64,000 bases of DNA from Balanoglossus misakiensis (taxonomy: Eukaryota > Animalia > Hemichordata): the NCBI GenBank assembly GCA_040954595.2, contig CM082581.2, positions 1-64,000 on the forward strand, given 5' to 3'. Positions 28,101-41,629 of this stretch are shown piece after piece (the stretch's first letter is position 1; each line of letters starts with the position of its first letter). Under the pieces are notes generated by a model that saw only the letters and a program-made list of their open reading frames with translations, was not told where the DNA came from and made no database searches. The position numbers and the translations under genes were made by a program.

Positions 28101-31100
28101 CTCGATCTAAAACTCTTGAACTCTAACCCTTGACCCTTGACCATTGAACTCTAACCCTTGATCCTTGGACTCTAACCATTGAACCTTTGACCCATGAACT
28201 CTAACCCTTGACCCTTGAGCTCTTACCCTTGACCCCTTGACCCTCGATCTCCAACTCTTGAACTCTAACTCTTGACCCCTTGAACCTTGGACTCTGGCCA
28301 TTGAACCTTTGACCCATGAACTCCAACCCTTGACCCTTGAGCTCTTACCCTTGAACCTTTGACCCTCAATCTCCAACTCTTTAACTCTAACCCTTGACCT
28401 TTGACCCTTGAACTCTTACCCTTGACTATTGATCTCTAACCCTTGATCTTTGACCCTTGAACTCTAACCCTTGAACTCTCTTTTCTCCTCCCCCTCACTC
28501 TCCATCCCATTCTCTCTCTCCATCACTCTCTAATAATAAATGTTAAACCCTAAACTTGACAACTGAGCCTTAATGCTTGACCCTTAAACCCTTGACCCTA
28601 GAACCCTTGACCATTAAACTCTAACACTTGAACGCCAACTGTTGACCCATCAACTATAATCCTTGATCTTTGACCCTTGACCTTTGACCCTTGAACTCTA
28701 ATCCTTCACTCTTGAACTCTAACATTTGACCCTTGAGTCATGAACTCTCACCCTTGACCTTTGACCCTTGAACCCAAAACTCTTGACCCTTGAACCTTAC
28801 CACTGACCCTGCTTCACCCTTAAACCCTTGACCATTAAACTCTAACCCTTGAACGCCAACTGTTGACCCATCAACTATAATCCTTGACCCTTGACCCCTT
28901 GACCCGCGATCTCAAACACTTAAATTCTAACCCTTGACCTATGACCCCTTGACCACTTTAACCTTGGACTCTAACCATTGAACCTTTGACCCATGAACTC
29001 CAACCCTTGACCCATGAGCTCTTACCCTTGACCCTTAACTCTTACCCTTGACCCTTGAACTCTTACCCTTGACATTTGATCTCTAACCCTTGACCTTTGA
29101 CCTTTGACCCTTGAAAAAAAACTCTTGACCCTTAAACCCTAAACTTGACAACTGACCCTTAATGCTTGACCCTTTAACCGTTGACCCTTAAACTCTAACC
29201 CTTGAACGTCAACTGTTGACCCATCAACTATAATCCTTGACCTTTGACCCTTGATCTCCAACTCGTGAACTCTAACCCTTGAACTCAAATCCTTGACTCG
29301 TGAACTCTAACTCTTGACCTTTGACCCTTGAACTCAAATTCTTGACCCAGGACCCCTTGACCATTGAACTCTAACCCTTGATCCTTGACCCCTTGAACCT
29401 TGGACTCTAACCCTTGACCCCCTTGACCCTCGATCTCCAACTCTTGAACTCTAACCCTTGACCTTTGACTCTTGAACTCTAATCCTTGACCCCTTGAACC
29501 TTGGACTCAAACCATTGAACCTCTGACCCATGAACTGCAACCCTTGACCCTTGAGCTCTTACCCTTGACCCCTTGACCCTCGATCTCCAACTCTTCAACT
29601 CTAACCCTTGACCTTTGACCATTCAACTCTAACCCTTGACCCTTGAACTCTAACATTTGACCCTTGAACTCTTACCCTTGACTCTTGATCTCTAACCCTT
29701 GACCTTTGACCCTTGAACTCTAACATTTGACCCTTGAACTCTTACCCTTGACATTTGATCTCTAACCCTCGACCTTTGACCTTTAACCCTAACCCTAACC
29801 CTGACCATTGAAATCTAACCCTTGAACCCAAAAACCCTAACCCTAACCCTTGACCATTAAACTCTAACCCTTGAACGCCAACTGTTGACCCATCAACTAT
29901 AATCATTGACCTTTGACCCTTGACCCTCGATCTCCAACTCTTAAACTCTAACCCTTGACCTCTAATCCTTGATCCTATACCGCTTGAACCTTGGACTCTA
30001 ACCATTGAACCTCCATTCCATGAACTCCAACCCTCGACCCTTGAACTCTAACCCTTGACCTTTGAACTCTAACATTTGACCCTTGAACTCTTACCCTTGA
30101 TTCTTGATCTCTAACCCTTGAACCCTTGACCATTAAACTCTAACCCTTGAACGCCAACTGTTGACCCATCAACTGTAATCCTTGACCTTTGACCCTTGAC
30201 CCCTTGATCTCCAACTCTTGAACTCTAACCCTTGACCTTTGACCCTAGAACTCAAATCCTTGGCTGGTGAACTCTAACCCTTGACCGTTGAACTCAAATC
30301 CTTGACCCTTGACCCCTTGACCATTGAACTCTAACCCTTGATCCTTGTGCTCATAGCCTTGACCCTTGACCACCTTGACCCTCGATCTAAAACTCTTGAA
30401 CTCTAACCCTTGACCCTTGACCATTGAACTCTAACCCTTGATCCTTGGACTCTAACCATTGAACCTTTGACCCATGAACTCTAACCCTTGACCCTTGAGC
30501 TCTTACCCTTGACCCCTTGACCCTCGATCTCCAACTCTTGAACTCTAACTCTTGACCCCTTGAACCTTGGACTCTGGCCATTGAACCTTTGACCCATGAA
30601 CTCCAACCCTTGACCCTTGAGCTCTTACCCTTGAACCTTTGACCCTCAATCTCCAACTCTTTAACTCTAACCCTTGACCTTTGACCCTTGAACTCTTACC
30701 CTTGACTATTGATCTCTAACCCTTGATCTTTGACCCTTGAACTCTAACCCTTGAACTCTCTTTTCTCCTCCCCCTCACTCTCCATCCCATTCTCTCTCTC
30801 CATCACTCTCTAATAATAAATGTTAAACCCTAAACTTGACAACTGAGCCTTAATGCTTGACCCTTAAACCCTTGACCCTAGAACCCTTGACCATTAAACT
30901 CTAACACTTGAACGCCAACTGTTGACCCATCAACTATAATCCTTGATCTTTGACCCTTGACCTTTGACCCTTGAACTCTAATCCTTCACTCTTGAACTCT
31001 AACATTTGACCCTTGAGTCATGAACTCTCACCCTTGACCTTTGACCCTTGAACCCAAAACTCTTGACCCTTGAACCTTACCACTGACCCTGCTTCACCCT

Positions 31101-34100
31101 TAAACCCTTGACCATTAAACTCTAACCCTTGAACGCCAACTGTTGACCCATCAACTATAATCCTTGACCCTTGACCCCTTGACCCGCGATCTCAAACACT
31201 TAAATTCTAACCCTTGACCTATGACCCCTTGACCACTTTAACCTTGGACTCTAACCATTGAACCTTTGACCCATGAACTCCAACCCTTGACCCATGAGCT
31301 CTTACCCTTGACCCTTAACTCTTACCCTTGACCCTTGAACTCTTACCCTTGACATTTGATCTCTAACCCTTGACCTTTGACCTTTGACCCTTGAAAAAAA
31401 ACTCTTGACCCTTAAACCCTAAACTTGACAACTGACCCTTAATGCTTGACCCTTTAACCGTTGACCCTTAAACTCTAACCCTTGAACGTCAACTGTTGAC
31501 CCATCAACTATAATCCTTGACCTTTGACCCTTGATCTCCAACTCGTGAACTCTAACCCTTGAACTCAAATCCTTGACTCGTGAACTCTAACTCTTGACCT
31601 TTGACCCTTGAACTCAAATTCTTGACCCAGGACCCCTTGACCATTGAACTCTAACCCTTGATCCTTGACCCCTTGAACCTTGGACTCTAACCCTTGACCC
31701 CCTTGACCCTCGATCTCCAACTCTTGAACTCTAACCCTTGACCTTTGACTCTTGAACTCTAATCCTTGACCCCTTGAACCTTGGACTCAAACCATTGAAC
31801 CTCTGACCCATGAACTGCAACCCTTGACCCTTGAGCTCTTACCCTTGACCCCTTGACCCTCGATCTCCAACTCTTCAACTCTAACCCTTGACCTTTGACC
31901 ATTCAACTCTAACCCTTGACCCTTGAACTCTAACATTTGACCCTTGAACTCTTACCCTTGACTCTTGATCTCTAACCCTTGACCTTTGACCCTTGAACTC
32001 TAACATTTGACCCTTGAACTCTTACCCTTGACATTTGATCTCTAACCCTCGACCTTTGACCCTTGAAATCTAACCCTTGACCCTTGAAACTAAACTCTTG
32101 ACCCTTAAACCCTAAACTTGACAACTGACCCTTAATGCTTGACCTTTAAACCCTTGACCCTAGAACCCTTGACCATTAAACTCTAACCCTTGAATGCCAA
32201 CTGTTGACCCATCAACTATAATCCTTGACCTTTGCGCCTTGACCCCTTGAACTCTAACCCTTGACCTTTGACCCTTGAACTCAAATCCTTGACCCTTGAC
32301 CCTTCGACCATTGAACTCTAACCCTTGATCCTTGTGCTCATACCCTTGACCCTTGACCCCCTTGACCCTCAATCTCCAACTCTTGAACTCGTACCCTTGA
32401 CCTTTGACCCTTGAACCCAAATCATTGGCTCGTGAACTCTAACCCTTGACCGTTGAACTCAAATCCTTGACCCTTGACCCCTTGACGATTGAACTCTAAC
32501 CCTTGATTCTTGTGCTCATACCCTTGACCCTTGACCCTCGATCTCCAACTCTTGAACTCTAACCATTGAACCTCTGACCCATGAACTCCAACCCTTGACC
32601 CTTGAAACTAAACTCTTGACCCTTAAACCCTAAACTCGACAACTGACCCTTAATGCTTGATCTTTAAACCCTTGACCCTAGAACCCTTGACCATTAAACT
32701 CTTACCCTTGAACGCCAACTGTTGACCCATCAACTATAATCCTTGACCTTGACCCCTTGAACTCTTACCCTTGACCTTTGACCCTTGAACTCAAACCTTG
32801 GCTCGTGAACTCTAACCCTTGACCGTTGAACTCAAATCCTTGACCCTTGACCCTTTGACCATTGAACTCTAACCCTTGATCCTTGTGCTCATACCCTTGA
32901 CCCTTGACCCCTTTGACCCTTGATCTCCAACTCTTGAACTCATACCCTGACCTTTGTTGCTTGAACTCTAACCCTTGGCTCGTGAACTCTAACCCTTGAC
33001 CTTTGACCATTGAAATCTAACCCTTGAACCCAAAAACCCTAACCCTAACCCTTGACCATTAAACTCTAACCCTTGAACGCCAACTGTTGACCCATCAACT
33101 ATAATCCTTGATCTTTGACCCTTGACCTTTGACCCTTGAACTCTAATCCTTCACTCTTGAACTCTAACATTTGACCCTTGAGTCATGATATCTCACCCTT
33201 GACCTTTGACCCTTGAACCCAAAACTCTTGACCTTGAACCTTACCACTGACCCTGCTTCACCCTTAAACCCTTGACCATTAAACTCTAACCCTTGAACGC
33301 CAACTGTTGACCCATCAACTATAATCCTTGACCCTTGACCCCTTGACCCACGATCTCAAACACTTAAATTCTAACCCTTGACCTATGACCCCTTGACCAC
33401 TTTAACCTTGGACTCTAACCATTGAACCTTTGACCCATGAACTCCAACCCTTGACCCATGAGCTCTTACCCTTGACCCTTAACTCTTACCCTTGACCCTT
33501 GAACTCTTACCCTTGACATTTGATCTCTAACTTTTGACCTTTGACCTTTGACCCTTGAAAAAAACTCTTGACCCTTAAACCCTAAACTTGACAACTGACC
33601 CTTAATGCTTGACCCTTTAACCGTTGACCCTTAAACTCTAACCCTTGAACGTCAACTGTTGACCCATCAACTATAATCCTTGACCTTTGACCCTTGATCT
33701 CCAACTCGTGAACTCTAACCCTTGAACTCAAATCCTTGGCTCGTGAACTCTTACTCTTGACCTTTGACCCTTGAACTCAAATTCTTGATCCTTGACCCCT
33801 TGAACCTTGGACTCTAACCCTTGACCCCCTTGACCCTCGATCTCCAACTCTTGAACTCTAACCCTTGACCTTTGACCCTTGAACTCTAATCCTTGACCCC
33901 TTGAACCTTGGACTCAAACCATTGAACCTCTGACCCATGAACTGCAACCCTTGACCCTTGAGCTCTTACCCTTGACCCCTTGACCCTCGATCTCCAACTC
34001 TTCAACTCTAACCCTTGACCTTTGACCATTGAACTCTAACCCTTGACCCTTGAACTCTAATATTTGACCCTTGAACTCTTACCCTTGACTCTTGATCTCT

Positions 34101-37100
34101 AACCCTTGACTTTTGACCCTTGAACTCTAACATTTGACCCTTGAACTCTTACCCTTGACATTTGATCTCTAACCCTCGACCTTTGACCCTTGAAATCTCA
34201 CCCTTGACCCTTGAAACTAAACTCTTGACCCTTAAACCCTAAACTTGACAACTGACCCTTAATGCTTGACCTTTAAACCCTTGACCCTAGAACCCTTGAC
34301 CATTAAACTCTAACCCTTGAACGGCAACTGTTGACCCATCAACTATAATCCTTGACCTTTGCGCCTTGACCCCTTAAACTCTAACCCTTGACCTTTGACC
34401 CTTGAACTCAAATCCTTGACCATTGACCCCTCGACCATTGAACTCAAATCCTTGATCCTTGTGCTCATACCCTTGACCCTTGACCCCCTTGACCCTCAAT
34501 CTCCAACTCTTGAACTCGTACCCTTGACCTTTGACCCTTGAACCCAAATCATTGGCTCGTGAACTCTAACCCATGACCGTTGAACTCAAATCCTTGACCC
34601 TTGACCCCTTGACCATTGAACTCTAACCCTTTATCCTTGTGCTCATACCCTTGACCCTTGACCTTCGATCTCAAACTCTTGAACTCTAACCCTTGACCTT
34701 TGACCATTGAACTCTAACCCTTGATCCTTGACCCCTTGAAACTTGGACACAAACCATTGAACCTCTGACCCAAGAACTCCAACCCTTGACCCTTGAAACT
34801 AAACTCTTGACCCTTAAACCCTAAACTTGACAACTGACCCTTAATGCTTGACCTTTAAACCCTTGACCCTAGAACCCTTGACCATTAAACTCTAACCCTT
34901 GAACGCCAACTGTTGACCCATCAACTATAATCCTTGACCTTGACCCCTTGAACTCTAACCCTTGACCTTTGACCCTTGAACTCAAACCTTGGCTCGTGAA
35001 CTCTAACCCTTGACCGTTGAACTCAAATCCTTGACCCTTGACCCCTCGACCATTGAACTCTAACCCTTGATCCTTGTGCTCATACCCTTGACCCCCTTGA
35101 CCCTCGATCTCCAACTCTTGAACTCATACCCTTGACCTTTGACCCTTGAACTCAAATCATTGGCTCGTGAACTCTAACCCTTGACCGTTGAACTCAAATC
35201 CTTGACCCTTGACCCTTTGACCATTGAACTCTAACCCTTGATCCTTGTGCTCATACCCTTGACCCTTGACCCCCTTGACCCTTGATCTCCAACTCTTGAA
35301 CTCATACCCCTGACCTTTGTCGCTTGAACTCTAACCCTTGGCTCGTGAACTCTAACCCTTGACCTTTGACCATTGAAATCTAACCCTTGAACCCAAAACC
35401 CTAACCCTAACCCTTGACCATTAAACTCTAACCCTTGAACGCCAACTGTTGACCCATCAACTATAATCATTGACCTTTGACCCTTGACCCTCGATCTCCA
35501 ACTCTTAAACTCTAACCCTTGACCTCTAATCCTTGATCCTATACCGCTTGTACCTTGGACTCTAACCATTGAACCTCTAACCCATGAACTCCAACCCTCG
35601 ACCCTTGAACTCTAACCCTTGACCTTTGAACTCTAACATTTGACCCTTGAACTTTTACCCTGGATTTTTGATCTCTAACCCTTGAACCCTTGACCATTAA
35701 ACTCTAACCCTTGAACGCCAACTGTTGACCCATCAACTGTAATCCTTGACCTTTGACCCTTGACCCCTTGATCTCCAACTCTTGAACTCTAACCCTTGAC
35801 CTTTGACCCTTGAACTCAAATCCTTGGCTGGTGAACTCTAACCCTTGACCGTTGAACTCAAATCCTTGACCCTTGACCCCTTGACCATTGAACTCTAACC
35901 CTTGATCCTTGTGCTCATAGCCTTGACCCTTGACCACCTTGACCCTCGATCTAAAACTCTTGAACTCTAACCCTTGACCCTTGACCATTGAACTCTAACC
36001 CTTGATCATTGGACTCTAACCATTGAACCTTTGACCCATGAACTCTAACCCTTGACCCTTGAGCTCTTACCCTTGACCCCTTGACCCTCGATCTCCAACT
36101 CTTGAACTCTAACTCTTGACCCCTTGAACCTTGGACTCTGGCCATTGAACCTTTGACCCATGAACTCCAACCCTTGACCCTTGAGCTCTTACCCTTGAAC
36201 CTTTGACCCTCAATCTCCAACTCTTTAACTCTAACCCTTGACCTTTGACCCTTAAACTCTTACCCTTGACTATTGATCTCTAACCCTTGATCTTTGACCC
36301 TTGAACTCTAACCCTTGAACTCTCTTTTCTCCTCCCCCTCACTCTCCATCCCATTCTCTCTCTCCATCATTCTCTAATAATAAATGTTAAACCCTAAACT
36401 TGACAACTGAGCCTTAATGCTTGACCCTTAAACCCTTGACCCTAGAACCCTTGACCATTAAACTCTAACCCTTGAACGCCAACTGTTGACCCATCAACTA
36501 TAATCCTTGATCTTTGACCCTTGACCTTTGAACCTTGAACTCTAATCCTTCACTCTTGAACTCTAACATTTGACCCTTGAGTCATGATCTCTCACCCTTG
36601 ACCTTTGACCCTTGAACCCAAAACTCTTGACCCTTGAACCTTGCCACTGACCCTGCTTCACCCTTAAACCCTTGACCATTAAACTCTAACCCTTGAACGC
36701 CAACTGTTGACCCATCTCCAACACTTAAATTCTAACCCTTGACCTATGACCCCTTGACCACTTTAACCTTGGACTCTAACCATTGAACCTTTGACCCATG
36801 AACTCCAACCCTTGACCCATGAGCTCTTACCCTTGACCCTTAACTCTTACCCTTGACCCTTGAACTCTTACCCTTGACATTTGATCTCTAACCCTTGACC
36901 TTTGACCTTTGACCCTTGAAAAAAAACTCTTGACCCTTAAACCCTAAACTTGACAACTGACCCTTAATGCTTGACCCTTTAACCGTTGACCCTTAAACTC
37001 TAACCCTTGAACGTCAACTGTTGACCCATCAACTATAATCCTTGACCTTTGACCCTTGATCTCCAACTCGTGAACTCTAACCCTTGAACTCAAATCCTTG

Positions 37101-39660
37101 GCTCATGAACTCTAACTCTTGACCTTTGACCCTTGAACTCAAATTCTTGACCCAGGACCCCTTGACCATTGAACTCTAACCCTTGATCCTTGTCCCCTTG
37201 AACCTTGGACTCTAACCCTTGACCCCCTTGACCCTCGATCTCCAACTCTTGAACTCAAACCCTTGACCTTTGACCCTTGAACTCTAATCCTTGACCCCTT
37301 AAACCTTGGACTCAAACCATTGAACCTCTGACCCATGAACTCCTACCCTTGACCCTTGAGCTCTTACCCTTGACCCCTTGACCCTCGATCTCCAACTCTT
37401 CAACTCCAACCCTTGACCCATGAGCTCTTACCCTTGACCCTTAACTCTTACCCTTGACCCTTGAACTCTTACCCTTGACATTTGATCTCTAACTTTTGAC
37501 CTTTGACCTTTGACCCTTAAAAAAACTCTTGACCCTTAAACCCTAAACTTGACAAATGACCCTTAATGCTTGACCCTTTAACCGTTGACCCTAAAACTCT
37601 AACCCTTGAACGTCAACTGTTGACACATCAACTATAATCCTTGACCTTTGACCCTTGATCTCCAACTCGTGAACTCTAACCCTTGAACTCAAATCCTTGG
37701 CTCATGAACTCTAACTCTTGACCTTTGACCCTTGAACTCAAATTCTTGACCCAGGACCCCTTGACCATTGAACTCTAACCCTTGATCCTTGACCCCTTGA
37801 ACCTTGGACTCTAACCCTTGACCCCCTTGACCCTCGATCTCCAACTCTTGAACTCAAACCCTTGACCTTTGACCCTTGAACTCTAATCCTTGACCCCTTA
37901 AACCTTGGACTCAAACCATTGAACCTCTGACCCATGAACTCCAACCCTTGACCCTTGAGCTCTTACCCTTGACCCCTTGACCCCTGATCTCCAACTCTTC
38001 AACTCTAACCCTTGACCTTTGACCATTGAACTCTAACCCTTGACCCTTGAACTCTAACATTTGACCCTTGAACTCTTACCCTTGACTCTTGATCTCTAAC
38101 CCTTGACCTTTGACCCTTGAACTCTAACCCTTGAACACTAACATTTGACCCTTGAACTCTTACCCTTGACATTTGATCTCTAACCCTCGACCTTTGACCC
38201 TTGAAATCTAACCCTTGACCCTTGAAGCTAAACTCTTGACCCTTAAACCCTAAACTTGACAACTGACCCTTAATGCTTGACCTTTAAACCCTTGACCCTA
38301 GAACCCTTGACCATTAAACTCTAACCCTTGAACGCCAACTGTTGACCCATCAACTATAATCCTTGACCTTTGCCCCTTGACCCCTTGAACTCTAACCCTT
38401 GACCTTTGACCCTTGAACTCAAATCCTTGACCCTTGACCCCTCGACCATTGAACTCTAACCCTTGATCCTTGTGCTCATACCCTTGACCCTTGACCCTCG
38501 ATCTCCAACTCTTGAACTCGTACCCTTGACCTTTGACCCTTGAACCCAAATCATTGGCTCGTGAACTCTAACCCTATGACTGTTGAACTCAAATCCTTGA
38601 CCCCTTGACCATTGAACTCTAACCCTTGATCCTTGACCCCTTGAACCTTGGACTCTAACCATTGAACCTCTGACCCATGAACTCCAACCCTTGACCCTTG
38701 AAACTAAACTCTTGACCCTTAAACCCTAAACTTGACAACTGACCCTTAATGCTTGACCTTTAAACCCTTGACCCTAGAACCCTTGACCATTAAACTCTAA
38801 CCCTTGAACGCCAACTGTTGACCCATCAACTATAATCCTTGACTTTGACCCCTTGAACTCTAACCCTTGACCTTTGACCCTTGAACTCAAATCCTTGGCT
38901 CGTGAACTCTAACCCTTGACCGTTGAACTCAAATCCTTGACCCTTGACCCCTCGACCATTGAACTCTAACCCTTGATCCTTGTGCTCATACCCTTGACCC
39001 TTGACCCCCTTGACCCTCGATCTCCAACTCTTGAACTCATACCCTTGACCTTTGACCCTTGAACTCAAATCATTGGCTCGTGAACTTTAACCCTTGACCG
39101 TTGAACTCAAATCCTTAACCCTTGACCCCTTGACCATTGAACTCTAACCCTTGATCCTTGTGCTCATACCCTTGACCCCCTTGACCCTCGATCTCCAACT
39201 CTTGAACTCTAACCCTTGACCTTTGACCATTGAACTCTAACCCTGGATCTTTGACCCCTTGAACCTTGGACTCTAACCATTGAATGTTTGACCCATGAAC
39301 TCTAACCCTTGACCCTTGAGCTCTTACCCTTGACCCTCGATCTCCAACTCTTTAACTCTAACCCTTGACCCCTTGAACCTTGGACTCTAACCATTGAACC
39401 TTTGACCCATGAACTCCAACCCTTGACCCTTGAGCTCTTACCCTTGACCCTTTGACCTCGATCTCCAACTCTTTAACTTAACCCTTGAACTTTGACCCTT
39501 GAACTTTGACCCTTGAACGCTAACCCTTGACCCTTGAACTCTTACCCTTGACTCTTGATCTCCAACCCTTGACCTTAGACCCTTGAACTCTAACCCTTGA
39601 CCCTTGATCTCCAACCCTTGACCTTAGACCCTTGAACTCTAACCCTTGACCCTTGAACTC
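22120..39660 (-). repeat. Large subtelomeric heptamer satellite, C-rich on + (CCCTTGA/CCTTTGA/TGAACTCTAA) with kb-scale higher-order repeats
   Basis: Same core words as 3886-7445 in reverse complement. Recurring landmarks include aactgttgacccatcaactata and cttgtgctcata, and short (CCCTAA)2-3 tracts occur at ~24153, 27554, 29785, 29834, 33035, 35397. Confidence 0.97.
27522..32061 (+). repeat. Recent 2280-bp tandem duplication within the satellite
   Basis: Lines 27541-29760 match lines 29821-32040 at offset 2280, with no difference seen by eye. Confidence 0.9.
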
Positions 39661-39727
39661 TCTCTTCTCCTCCCCCTCTCTCCATCCCATTCTCTCTCTG
39701 CATCACTCTCTAATAATAAATGTTAAA
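39661..39727 (+). repeat. ~70-bp polypyrimidine boundary cassette, also at 25107-25175, 28479-28547, 30759-30827, 36323-36391
   Basis: ctcctccccctc...catcccattctctctctccatcactctctaataataaatgttaaa occurs in five copies. Confidence 0.92.
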
Positions 39728-41037
39728 ATGTTACAGAAAACCATAGAAATTGGGGTTATAGGCTTACGGTCAGTGCATGTGTCACCAGTAGAGCAGTTGA
39801 AACAATAACATGTAAACTGTGTACAGGAACCCGGTACTTGCGAGCAAATTCCACTGTTTAGGCAAGGAGAGGGTACACACTGGTTGTCTGGTTGATTCCT
39901 GTATAGACAAAAAGAAAGAATATTGAGCAGGAAAACATCACTATAGGCTCAAAGCACTGAAACACACAGACACACAAATTCACTGATAAAGGCCCATCAA
40001 AATAAATGGGATGTGAACATCCACACCATTGCCGGTTTCCTGTATGGGTTGTTGAGAAAGCTGAGAACTTCTGAACATTATTTTGAAAAAGCAGGAATTA
40101 AAATCTACAGAAAATCACTAGAACAGTGCAGTCAAGGTATTGTCAAAATTACAGAATCTACAAACTACACTCAGCAGTCGTGTACATGTATACCTGACAA
40201 CAACCAAAGGGCTGTTTTGAAAAACCAAATGCTGTGAAATCCTTTAGAGTGCGACAAGAAACCACAGTTGCAACCGAAAACGAAAATAGTGATAACATTA
40301 AGCTAGCCCAAAGTTTGAGTTACCAGGGCTTTAATATGTGTACCATATTTATATTATATAATACATAACAAGTGTTTTGCATTGAATAAAATAATATTGG
40401 TTTGTACTTACGCATTGTACATGTGGCACCAGTGAAGCATTCGGCACACATACAGTCAAACTGGAAACAGCCGTCTCACGCAACGCATGTGCCACCACAT
40501 TTTGACAAGGCATAGAGTATAACTGATCAATGGCTGCCAAAACAAAAATGAAAGTATCAATGACCTGCTTGTCAAAAACTTGTACATGTACTTGTGATGT
40601 TCATTTTGTTTAAATTATATAAGTGAGCAATGTCTTCATTCCTTGTTTCAAACCTGTACATTTAAAATAACATAATGATGCTAGGATTTTTCTGTAAGAA
40701 TCTTGAAAAATTAAAAAATGTGCCATCAACATGATACAGAAGGCTTTCCTTTTTAACGTGCACCTCACACTCAATTTTGACCCTACATCAGCAAATTTTG
40801 AAAGGATGAAACTTCCACCCCATTTATTGGTGTACGGGTCCATCTATCACATTGAGAATACCAAAAATGAGGGTTTATATACCACGCTGTGTCATAAAAC
40901 AGTTGAATTCGACACACCTACGGCACAGATGGCCCCCGTCCAACACTACTGGCAGTAACTGGTGTAGTCAGTATAAGAATTTGGTGTTTGGGAACAATAG
41001 CCTCCATTTTGACACAGATTCTGATCACATGGGTTAA

Positions 41038-41629
41038 AGCCCCAGTATTTCTCGTGTTTATCCATTTTTCATCATCGAAAAATGCCCGTTTTTCCTGTAC
41101 ATTCATCATGGAATACTACATAATGAAGATAGAAGAAAGGTTTGGGCAACTGTAGCTACGTGCAAGCTGTAAATATTGCCCGTAACACTTGAAATGATGC
41201 GCGGGTTTGTTTACAACGGAAATGTTGTACATGTCGATCAGCAAACGTGCCACTTTGACATTTGATGGTCAGACCTTTTTCGGATTTGATCTGGTTCCAT
41301 CGACTGATTTCTCCCATAAAGTTATCTTCCCAAAATTTCGCCGAATTAGTGCGCATTTCTTCGCTGAGTCGCTTGATTTGGGGCGACCAAACCTCTTCCG
41401 CATAGATTCACATTTGAGTGCGCATGCGCACTAGTCACGTGTGTCAACACAGCCTGACTTTCTGTCCGGACAGAAAGTCATTCTTCACCCGTTATATTGT
41501 AAATTGTATGAGTTTATGAGCAGAGCTGGGGATGATGACTGTTCGATTCAGTATCAATTATCATCTACTTTTATAAATTATAGATGCCGTTTCAAACAAA
41601 ATTTTGCCCCTACGAGAAATACTGAGGCT
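41038..41629. mobile_element. MITE with TTAA TSD (Kolobok-type termini)
   Basis: TIR AGCCCCAGTATTTCTCGT / ACGAGAAATACTGAGGCT with TTAA on both sides. The empty site gggttaatgac is at 58640-58650 in the paralogue. Confidence 0.9.

Noticed and set aside
4241-39068. Many short ORFs rich in VKGQG/SRVRVQ
   Set aside because: They are translations of the heptamer satellite, mostly with non-ATG starts and no conserved frame between copies.
22120-39660. Regularly recurring landmarks resembling a CRISPR-like repeat-spacer array
   Set aside because: The intervening sequence is itself repetitive, not unique spacers. The context is eukaryotic and no cas genes are present.
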